A DNA stretch of 64,000 bases from an uncultured virus (IMG/VR IMGVR_UViG_3300005253_000164) (Duplodnaviria; Heunggongvirae; Uroviricota; Caudoviricetes), in IMG/VR virus record IMGVR_UViG_3300005253_000164. One strand, 5' to 3'. Position numbers and translations under genes: made by a program. The notes under the pieces were generated by a model, which saw only the letters and a program-made list of their open reading frames with translations, was not told the DNA's origin and made no database searches. Positions 32,308 through 41,980 of the stretch are shown piece by piece (within the stretch, counting starts at the first letter, position 1; each line of letters opens with the position of its first letter).

Positions 32308-33828
32308 ATGGGAAAAATAAACCCCAAACCTATGAAACTCGTAAGAGAATTCAAAGGGATAACAATAACTATCGAATCAGAAAATTCAGATAGTATAGAT
32401 CTGGTTAATGATATGGCCGATGACATTGGTAGTATAAGCAGACACGACCTAACAATATATTTGGGTAAATTCACTCTAAAAGGTACTGCAAGAGTTCTAT
32501 CAAACAAAGAAGCATATCCATTAATCATGGAGCAAATTCAGAAAGATAAAGATTCGCAAAGATTTAAATCCTCTGAATAGTTCTCTCATTTACTCTCAAA
32601 GGTTAGAAAAATGTTAACCAAAAAAGAAAAAGAAATAATAGACAAAGATTTTAGTTATTGCTATCATTCAGTTGATTTCGAGATCCCCAATAAAAAATTG
32701 GAAGTGGTTTCTGAAAGTAAATATATTACTGAAAAAACAGACGAACTGAATTATACATTTAGAGATCGTTTAACTTTATCTGAAAATGATCTTGGCAGTT
32801 TCAAAAACAAATTCAATGACATATTGGCTCAAATTAAGGAGTTAGTGGATCAGAGAAAAACAAATGAGACTGAAAAGGTAAAAAAACGAGATGATATTCT
32901 ATCTGTAGAATATTCTCCTTTACAAACAGAGAAAATACAAATAGAGGAAGAATATTATGAAGTTAAAAGAATATTTGATAAAGTTAGTAATGCTAAAAAT
33001 GCATTGCAAAAACGATTAAATGATATAAATGATGCAATAAAAATCTTGACAAAAAGTGAAAAAATGATAAAGGTTGAAATAGACCTGTTTGAAAATTATG
33101 GTGCTAAAGATGCAGCTATTGTTGAAAAGATAGATCATATTATTGATGATCTTGAATCAAGAGTTGATACCATTAGAGAAACTGCCATAAACGAAAAACA
33201 GAAAAAGGAAACCAAATTGGACCTGGTAATTAATACCTATGCTAAAACAATATTAGAACACAAATTCCCTAAAAGGAAAGATGGGACTTGGTGGACTAAT
33301 AGTATAAAGTATCTAGAACGCAGAGAAAATATATTTAATCATTACAAACTGGAACGATCTATTCCCAATAGATTTACTAATACTATTGGAGAAAATCGTA
33401 AATTAAAGAAAATACTCTTTGATTTCGAATATTATCGTATGGTTGGAAAATCAATGAAAATTAATAATATTCCCATTTATGTAAGTGAAGGGTCGTATAT
33501 TGGTGTAACACCAATATTAAAGCCCGATATTAAAAACCAAATGATTAAAAATTCTGTAAAATTAGATGAGGATCAATTTAATATTCTTAAAAAGAATCTG
33601 GAATATTCTATGTCTGGAACATCTGCCGATTCATTTAAAATTGATGAATGCAGGTATCCTCTGGATGGATTGACCAGCTTTGAAGAATTTGATAATGAAT
33701 TATTAAATGCGTATTTTCTTACATCAGAGAAAAAACCAAAATATTTTAAAGAAGGCACATCATTTTTACTACTTTTAGAGACTCCTTACTCATTATGGGT
33801 ACTCACACCTATATTAGTAAAGGAATAG
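32308..33828 (+). CDS. Hypothetical 32308-32580 and coiled-coil protein 32611-33828
   Basis: ORF track; heptad-rich N-terminal half in the latter. Confidence 0.75.
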
Positions 33829-33890
33829 TTCTCTCAAAATCGGCAGGTTAAATAATCATGCCGAGTATAATATATATAGGGATAACTCTC
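33826..33890 (+). promoter_or_regulatory. Copy of the internal promoter cassette
   Basis: 33826-33884 identical to 21547-21605. Confidence 0.85.
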
Positions 33891-35378
33891 ATGATAACAT
33901 TATTAGAAATTGGAATCATCATAGGGGTGGTTCTACTTTCTTATTTAATAATCAGAAAATTAACTCCTCCAATAAACTGGTATCTCGAAATGTATAAACA
34001 TCAGACATACATTGTACACACAACTGATGAAAAACTAATTGGTAAAAAAACCAAAGAAAAAATCGGTGGTAGAAATGGATTGCATATAACAACCTATTAT
34101 AAGCGAAAACCAGAATTAGTTCAACGCATGGATACATACTTTAAGAAAAATCCCGATGTAGTGCCAGTTACAGCAGAACAGCATGTAAAAACGATGAATA
34201 AAATTATGGCTGAACTTAATAAGGAGTAAATCTCTCTATGTCAAACACTGACAACGAAAAACTAAATAAATTATTTAATTTATTTATAGAAAATAAAAAA
34301 TTAATAATTTCGAATCTAAAATATGCATTAGATAGAACTGAAACAATAATGAATATACACAAGGATAATCCAGCTTCAGATCGTGATAATCCAGCTTGGG
34401 CATATCATTATGAAGAAACTATAGGATGGGATATTAATAAGGAGATGGTCCCCAAATTAGAAGATGAGATCAAACAATTAAAAGAAATTATTCCAAAAAT
34501 AGAAGAAATTAATTAATTACTCTCAATGACACTATTAACAATAATATATAGTTTCAAAATAATGGAGTGGGGCGGTATACTCTGCTACTTATTAAAAAAT
34601 CAAAACAATGAACATTTTGCTATCAAAGCAGATTTTTTGGGTAAAATACGAGTAAGAGAACCAAGAGCACCAAGGGGGCATCCATCTACAAATCTAATAG
34701 ATCTAAAAACTCTTAAAGCAGGGAACACAGTAAAAGTTTCTCTTACTTTCACTCAAATGATAGAATCCACAGTTGAATTTCTTAAAAATATAAAGTGGAT
34801 CACACCTATTATATTGTTTTAATTCTCTCATGCCTCTTACCGAAGAACAAAAGAAGTTATTTGCAAGAAAAGACTATGAAGTTTGGAAACGAGCTTCAGA
34901 TCATTCAGAAGATATTGAAATGGTCTTTGAGACAGATGATGAATTAGAAGCATACAAACAAGCAACTGTAAAGAATTACACAATGGATATAAAAGATAGG
35001 ACATCATTTTTTTACAATGTAAAAATTGTAAAAGTAGATAAACTACACCATGCGTATAAAGCCCAAGACAAATTATACCAACTCTGGGCAGAAGACGCAA
35101 AAAAGAATTCTGAATAGTTCTCTCCAATGAAAGTACCAACACTTTTACAACAACTTGCTATGGAATCTTTTAAAAATGACATACAAGAGAAATATTGGGA
35201 ATCAACAAATTACCCAGACAGCAAAAGAATAATAATTGTTGTCAAAAACACATTTTCTCTTTGTGATGATATTTTATACAGGGAACCTAGCATAGAAGTT
35301 ATTGCAATCGACACAGATGGATCAAAAGAAGGAATTGATGCATATTGTGAAGAAGCTCTCCTATGTCAAACGATATAA
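33891..35378 (+). CDS. Cassette genes 33891-34229 (N-terminal TM), 34238-34516, 34526-34822, 34830-35117, 35127-35378
   Basis: CTCTC starts; grouped entry. Confidence 0.7.
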
Positions 35379-35854
35379 CAAGTAGACTAGAAAAACTATC
35401 GAAGATTGATCAGAGTGGTTTATCCGAAGATGTGTTAGATGCTCTTGAATCCCAGAAATATTGGGCTACAGTAAAACATATCGAAAACCATGGGAATAAA
35501 GGGAAAAAACATCCTTTTAGGACCAAGACAATAAAACACTCTGAAGAAGAAAGAAATAATCTCTTAAAAGCTGCAAGACATGAAATAATCATGGGATGTT
35601 TCACATCACAAATGATTAAAGATTTTTATAGAGAGACAACTCCAAATGGATCTGACAAGGGAACAAAAAGAACCTTTGAGGAAGATTACGAGAATGGAGA
35701 TGTTTTTCTATTAGATCCAATGTTCTGTGCAATTTATAGAGTCCTTCATCCGAATCTAAATACAAAAAACCAAAATAAGTTAGAAAACAATCCATTGTTA
35801 ATAATACTACGATGGTGTTGGAAATCTAAAAAAAAGGGTTTAGTGAAATATTAA
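35363..35854 (+). CDS. Hypothetical protein, close paralogue of 21615-22115
   Basis: Direct sequence comparison. Confidence 0.85.
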   Translation: MSNDITSRLEKLSKIDQSGLSEDVLDALESQKYWATVKHIENHGNKGKKHPFRTKTIKHSEEERNNLLKAARHEIIMGCFTSQMIKDFYRETTPNGSDKGTKRTFEEDYENGDVFLLDPMFCAIYRVLHPNLNTKNQNKLENNPLLIILRWCWKSKKKGLVKY

Positions 35855-35878
35855 AGATAGTTTATTATAATCTCTCCA

Positions 35879-38800
35879 ATGTCAAACGAAGACATAAAAT
35901 TACTCTGTGAAGGATGTGGCACACATGATTATGTGCGACTCGTAAACACATTGAAAGGAAAAGAGGATAGGTGTCTGGAATGCGTATCACTCTTAGTATC
36001 CCCAATCAAATGCCAGTTATGTAATAAACTAATTACACGACTGGAAGATCTATGTTGGAATAAAGATGAAACCAAACCACAACATGTGAAATGTCCAACA
36101 TAATATCTCTCCTATGTCAATGAAATTAATAATGACAGACGACACACTAGAAACAACTGAAGAAACACCAGTTGCAGATAAAGACGATTTAATCAATACT
36201 TTACTGATTATCCTAAACGATCAAACTGGTGTTACCTACCAAATTACTGCTGATAACAAAGATGATTTAGAAGGCATTGCTTCTGAATTTCACTTGGTAT
36301 CAACATAACTTCTCTCCCATGTCACAAAAAGACATATTATCAAAAATTGATAACAAATTACAAGAATGTACATCTAAAAGCGAATTTTATTCGCTTTATG
36401 AACAGGTGAAGACATTACTCACCACTCATGAAATAAAATACAATGAGTATGAGTATGGTCGCAATGGAGAACTCATAGTAGATAATAATATTTTCTATAA
36501 ATGGATCTTAGATCAAGAGGAAATTCCCTTTCCTGATGTATATGATGATATTATGGTTGAACAAATCAATTCATTACGTTCTATTAGTTAATTTCAATAC
36601 ACATGTTGTCTTAAATCAAGACACTCCAAAATTATTTTGGAATAATGTGAAACAATCTCTCCGATGTCACAAACGACATTACACCCCAAACATCCGATAT
36701 GTTACAAACCCAATTGTGATGGAATCAAACCTCACATTCATTACGGTGAATATTCAGATCTATACCAAAAGACAAAAGATTTTGATAATAATTATCAAAA
36801 AGATAGAAAATTAGGAATCGAAATCAGAAAGAAAGCTAATGATCTGGGAATAGAAGGCGACACAATTGATGAAATTAGAATGAATGTGGAACGGAAAATT
36901 AATAATTGGGGTAACTAATCTCTCCTATGGAATGTAAACACGTTCTAAAACTAGAACTAGGTATTATAGAGCAGAATATTCTAAGAGCTATTCTTGGAAA
37001 TATTTCAGCAAAAAAAATAGAAGAAATGATAAATGATGCAAATAAAAAAAATCCTCGTTTAAATTTACCTCTTGATGAAACACATGAACTTATTGAAAGT
37101 CTTTTTGCTGTATTTACACCTGCATATAATATGTTAGATGAACAAAAAGATTAATAATCTCTCCTATGGCAACAGAGCCAGAATTAGAAAATGAACCTAT
37201 ATCTATTGGAAATAAGAGAATAGAGGCAAAATTTAAATTTGAAAAAGGTGTAGAGATTACTCCCCACAACTTGAAAAAATATAATTCGCCCAAAAGAGTT
37301 CTCGCCAGATATGATAGATGGATGGGTGAAAACTCATACATCTGTTTTATCCATGCTACCGAAGAAGAATTAGATAAACTATTTGCAGAACTTGATCCCA
37401 TAAACGGTCAAAGAATGAAGAAAGAGAAAATAAAATTATCTAATTGCAAAGCAGGGATTACAGAAGAAGGCTTCATGCTCTATAATATACACAATACATT
37501 TTATCCAAAAAGTGTTGATAAATACATAAAAAGATGGGAAGTTTTAATCTACTATATGCCAGAGATAAAAAACTATCCGATCTGGATAAAATTCAAGAAA
37601 AATTGGTTTTTCGGCATGACACCCATCATAATGAAAGAAGACATTGAAAATCTCAGTTTCCCCTAATTTCTCTCCTATGAGTACAGAAGTATTACAAACT
37701 GACGACTTAACAAATTTAGAATTTGAATCATATATTGAAGAAAAAGACTATGGAATATTTTTTTCAAAAGATCAATATCGTTTAGAAGGAAATGTAGATC
37801 CGATTGAAAAAGGAAATTTTTACATTAGCTTTAGTGAGAATTGTGATGAAACTCACTGGATGGTTACTGCAAGATACATTATTGATAAATCTCATTGGTC
37901 AAAAGATGAAATTGATTCTGTAATGGAGTTAGGAGGAATCGAATATAATCAGATAAATCCTGAAGATTTATGTGTAGAATACGATTCTAAATGTATAATA
38001 AATCTATATGAAATGTGGTTAAGTAGCTACACACCAGATAGATTTGAAAGAAGTAAATCATTTGAAGAAATGGTTCAAATTATTACTGAAGCAATAAAAA
38101 CATATTGTCAGTAATCTCTCCTATGGTTTTCACAGGAATATCCAAAGAAGCAGAAGACATTCTGGCTGACAATCCAGGGTCTAGAAATTCAAATGCAAAA
38201 TTAATATTAGCGTTTTTAAATTCTAGAGGCTTAGAAGTTGTTCAATCTGAAGGCACAACAGGTGTTAGTATATTAAAGACACTTCGATCAGTTGTATCGA
38301 TTGTCAGATCTGCACGTAAGATCCAGAATGATTTCGGTTTATACCCCTCTACTGATAAAATCAAAAAACTTCGAGAAGAGAAAGCAGAAGAGGTTTCCGA
38401 TTGGGCAGTAGAAGATAAAAAAGATGATGAAGGAGTGTATCCTTAATCTCTCTCATGAACACAAAAATTCATATTAACCGAGAAACAGGTTTAACCTCGA
38501 TGACTGCAATTCGATACTTCTTTTCAATTCAGTCTGCTTATGCAGATTTTTATAGAGAAAGAAAGGAAATAAGTATGCAGAATTCAGCAGAGGCATTTTT
38601 AGAACAAGCACATAAAAGTTATGCTGATCTAAAAGAGAAACTTAAATTAAAACAAGAACCACCTATATTAGATGTAAAGCTTTACAATTCAATGACTAAA
38701 ATTCTAAACTTATAGGTAATTCTCTCACATGGATATTGTTTACGAATATCTATATGAAGCGGATGATGATTATAACCATTATAACTACCAACAATACACT

Positions 38801-40083
38801 GCACCCACACTAAGACTTAGGACTATTGCAGCAATAGAGCTGACACAAATAGCTATTGAAATTCTCGATGAGCTAAAAATTAGTCAATTAGGTGATGAAG
38901 AACTAGAAGATGACCACAGAAAGCAACTTCTGGAGGAATATTCACAAGAAGAATTTGAAGAATGGGTTGAAGAACATATTTATTGGCAAGAACGTGAAGA
39001 ACAAAAGAGAAAATACCTTGAAGTATTACGATTAACCCCCTCAATTTTTCATGCCGCAGTTAAAGAAGAGATATTCACTTAACCTCTCTAATGACAGTAA
39101 AAGTTTACCTCATTACATACAGAAAAATATTCCCACCCATTACAGAAATATTTTCAGTAGATGACCAACTCTACGAAAATAAAGAATTAGCAAAGCTTGA
39201 AGCAGAAGCTAAAATGGGAAAGGATGTAAATCTAATTGAATATGCTATTGCGGAATTAAAACTCCCAGATACAGCAACATTCAAAGGAATAACTGAACAT
39301 TAATACACACAATTCAGTCTCTCGTTATGTCAACAAAGATGTACAAAGTAACAAGCTACTTAATCGAGGATGTTGAGGCCATTGAGTATTTCTTCAATTT
39401 TGAAGATGCTCATAATATAATCCTAAAACTTCTCGCTAAGGTAAAATCGAAATATGGCGGATATATTGAAATCAGATCAGAAACAGGTCCAAAAAATAAA
39501 ACTCAATATATATTTCATCCAAAAGAATCAATTTCTTGGTCTATACGACAATTGATCGGATTTGACATAGAAATAGAATTCATTGAACAAACCGCACCAT
39601 TCGATAAACTAGATGAAGAATTACGCAACAAATTCAAATTTAGGTAGTTCTCTCTTATGGCGATAAAACGCAAAAAATGCAAAAAATGCAAAAAATGCAA
39701 AAAGAAATTTATATTCTCAAAAACATTAAAATTTCATAAAAGCATGAATGATTGCAAAAAATCTCTCTATGGTAACTAAAATTTACCGAGTTAGTGTTCA
39801 ACACCAAAGTAGATTAAACATCGCTGACACCGATTTACATACTTTTGAAGAACATTTCACAAATTGGGAGAAGGCTTTTGCTGAAACAATGAGTCTTCTT
39901 GACAAATTCAGTACTGCATATCATGGACCTATTCAAATTCATGAGAACCGTTCTGAAGCTGAAACAGTATTCACATACACAGCAGAAGAAGAAATAGAAT
40001 ATTCTATTAAAAAACAAGTAGTTGTAACAATAAAACAACTGCTTTTAGATACTCCAGATTCATTTGATGGAATTAGAATATAA
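35879..40083 (+). CDS. Cassette genes starting at 35879, 36114, 36319, 36664, 36927, 37166, 37677, 38123, 38455, 38729, 39091, 39327, 39657, 39769
   Basis: Every start sits 0-4 nt after CTCTC; grouped entry. Confidence 0.75.
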
Positions 40084-40157
40084 TTTTCTAGTTGGAATGA
40101 ATATTTCTCTCATCAGATCTAAGATTTAATAAATGATTTTGTTTACAAATAATTTAG

Positions 40158-40523
40158 ATGTTCCGTAGGAAAAAAGAGAATGAGGCTAAAATAGCATCTG
40201 CAATACTTAATCCTAAAAATTATGTTAAATGCTTAGAAGAACGAGGCACCCTTCATGTTCCAGTAATAATACAGGATAATGAAGATGCAGAATCATTAGG
40301 CATTGAAATCCCAGAGGGAGTAATATTTGCACCTATCTTACGAAGAGGCCAATCAAGTCTCATTAAAAATAAAGAAGGTGAAATAATGGCTCCACCCAGA
40401 GAGAAAATGCAAATTGTTGCAGTATTACATTGCTTAGCTTGTAAAAACATATTAATCTGGGATACTGTGATGGTGGTTCCCAAAAGGTGGTTAAATTCTG
40501 ATGCAAAAACACAAGAAACCTAA
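40158..40523 (+). CDS. Hypothetical protein (first gene after the array)
   Basis: ORF track; upstream AT-rich TATA-like sequence, no CTCTC-ATG. Confidence 0.7.
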   Translation: MFRRKKENEAKIASAILNPKNYVKCLEERGTLHVPVIIQDNEDAESLGIEIPEGVIFAPILRRGQSSLIKNKEGEIMAPPREKMQIVAVLHCLACKNILIWDTVMVVPKRWLNSDAKTQET

Positions 40524-40797
40524 ACTGCCTCTCTCCAAAAAGGTTGCAATAATAATTGCAATCTTAGAGAAAGACACTAAAATCACATATAAAAGCCTTT
40601 TAGCAAAAGGATTAAGTATGAATCAGTGTCAACAAGTTCTTCGAAAATTAGAAAAGACAAATTTTCTTAATAAGAGAATACCTTGGACAGTCAATGAAAA
40701 AGAAACTGACAAAGCTGATAATCGAAGAATTTATTATTTATTAAATCCCAAAACAACAATTGAAAACCTACGCTCTACCTTCCTTCTGGGAGGATAG
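40501..40797 (+). CDS. Winged-helix (MarR-like) protein
   Basis: QQVLRKLEKTNFL...DNRRIYYLL. Confidence 0.55.
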   Translation: MQKHKKPKLPLSKKVAIIIAILEKDTKITYKSLLAKGLSMNQCQQVLRKLEKTNFLNKRIPWTVNEKETDKADNRRIYYLLNPKTTIENLRSTFLLGG

Positions 40798-40813
40798 AGC
40801 TTTTTTTATGCGC
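40772..40813 (+). terminator. Hairpin + T7 tract (terminator-like), ending TTTTTTTATGCGC
   Basis: GCTCTA-CCTTCC..GGGAGG-A-TAGAGC then T-run. Confidence 0.6.
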
Positions 40814-40864
40814 TAAACATAAACAAACCTCTCTCTTTATAATCACCAGATTTATTCTTTGTTT

Positions 40865-41188
40865 GTGAATAACACAGGCTATAAATTACTATTCTACACT
40901 CTTATTATTTCCATGCTTTCTATTGCATATTATCATTTCTTTTTTGGACATCTTGATTTTCTATAATCTTTTGCAAATCTTATTGGAGATCTTACTCATA
41001 GTGGCGGTGGCATAAATGTATTTTCAGCAAGTCTGATCATTGTTGCTTTTATTGCTCTTGTTACAATTCACTCCGACTCAGATAATAAAGGAAAGCGAAG
41101 TGCAATAGAATTCGTTTTATTAAGTGCTTTAATATTTGGGTTGTATTTCGCTTTAGGATTTGAATTCAATCCATTTTACTCTAGATAA
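40865..41188 (+). pseudogene. Frameshifted small membrane-protein gene related to 47722/48675
   Basis: Hydrophobic segments spread over three frames with breaks at T-runs; same AAACATAAAC promoter motif; C-terminus FEFNPF resembles VEFDLFNF/VDFDVFNL. Confidence 0.5.
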
Positions 41189-41190
41189 TA

Positions 41191-41234
41191 ATCTCCCCCC
41201 CTCCTAGAAGGGGAGTGGAGATTTTTTTATGCGC
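41191..41234 (+). terminator. GC-rich hairpin + T7 tract, ending TTTTTTTATGCGC
   Basis: ATCTCC-CCCCCT...AGGGGAG-T-GGAGAT then T-run. Confidence 0.65.
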
Positions 41235-41289
41235 AACAGAAAAGTAATAATGTACGAGATTTTATATGCTGGATCCAGAATATTAACTC

Positions 41290-41689
41290 ATGATAAACTA
41301 TTCAACTGCTATTAAGAAGGTAAAAGTTGAAGAATCATTTTCATCTATTACGTGTTATAATGATCCCTGTGATGGCAATGTATTCCTTAAGTTTCCAAGT
41401 GGCAAATATACAGCAAAAGAATTGAGAGAGAAGAAGGCAGAACATCTAAAAATGAAACATGATATTGTCGCCAGAGCATATGGGGAGAAGAAATCATAAT
41501 ATAGGTGTTTCGCATATATCCCTTAAGATGATTCATGAGCAAGTGGTTATATCCGATCTAATTCTCTTTGAAGATTTTCTTGCCAGACATAAATTTTCAA
41601 CTGTGGAGATAGCATACATTAAATCTCTTCGAGCTGATGGACTATCTTTACGCTCAATCATTGAAAAACTCGACATTCGAAACCTTTGA
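41290..41689 (+). CDS. Two small hypothetical genes (41290-41499; 41459-41689 with C-terminal HTH-like GLSLRSIIEKL)
   Basis: ORF track. Confidence 0.55.
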
Positions 41690-41760
41690 ATAATATTTGT
41701 TCACAAAATTAACATACATCGGAAACATATATATTACACAACATCTATGACAGTTATACA

Positions 41761-41955
41761 ATGGCAGAAATTGATAAGCATATTCGTATTACAGATGAGG
41801 CAGACACAATCTTAACAAAAATAAAGACTAAATTATTTGAAGAGGATAGAAAGCCTATCAGTAAGAAGATTATTGCATCATATGCAATCGAGAAGGCATT
41901 CGGTGAAGATATTACTCAGGATGATATAATTGCAATAAAAAAAATATCCAGTTAA
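41761..41955 (+). CDS. Ribbon-helix-helix/CopG-like small DNA-binding protein
   Basis: KHIRIT beta-strand followed by two helices; precedes the Rep-like gene. Confidence 0.55.
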   Translation: MAEIDKHIRITDEADTILTKIKTKLFEEDRKPISKKIIASYAIEKAFGEDITQDDIIAIKKISS

Positions 41956-41980
41956 TTTTTTTATTTTGTGAGGGTTTTAT

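Larger units (their letters stand above)
5488..40112 (+). other. CTCTC-punctuated array of ~90 co-oriented small genes and ncRNA-like units
   Basis: Manual count of >80 junctions of the form stop-(T)CTCTC-N0-5-ATG, e.g. before 8801, 10227, 12968, 13195, 13413, 23125, 25038, 30093, 36927, 37166; not seen at gene starts before 5.4 kb or after 40.2 kb. Confidence 0.9.

Noticed and set aside
21579..33890. Shared N-terminus MPSIIYIGI in ORFs 21579 and 33858 (and the N-terminal extension of 22672)
   Set aside because: Artefact of translating the repeated promoter cassette; the likely starts follow CTCTC at 21615, 33891 and 22747
21615..35854. Diversity-generating retroelement TR/VR pair
   Set aside because: Differences are not adenine-restricted in one copy, many are synonymous, and no reverse transcriptase is seen
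32611..37666. Sliding-clamp-like C-termini in 32611 and 37166 (..TPI[LI]xKE)
   Set aside because: Only a short terminal resemblance; not supportable without profile searches
5488..40112. CTCTCCT as the Shine-Dalgarno (AGGAGAG) of minus-strand genes
   Set aside because: Position is locked to + strand ATGs and stops; the minus-strand ORFs are short shadows of real genes
5488..40112. Classical integron
   Set aside because: No tyrosine-recombinase IntI and no attC (RYYYAAC...GTTRRRY) structures recognised in the window; only an integron-like model is retained as a hypothesis
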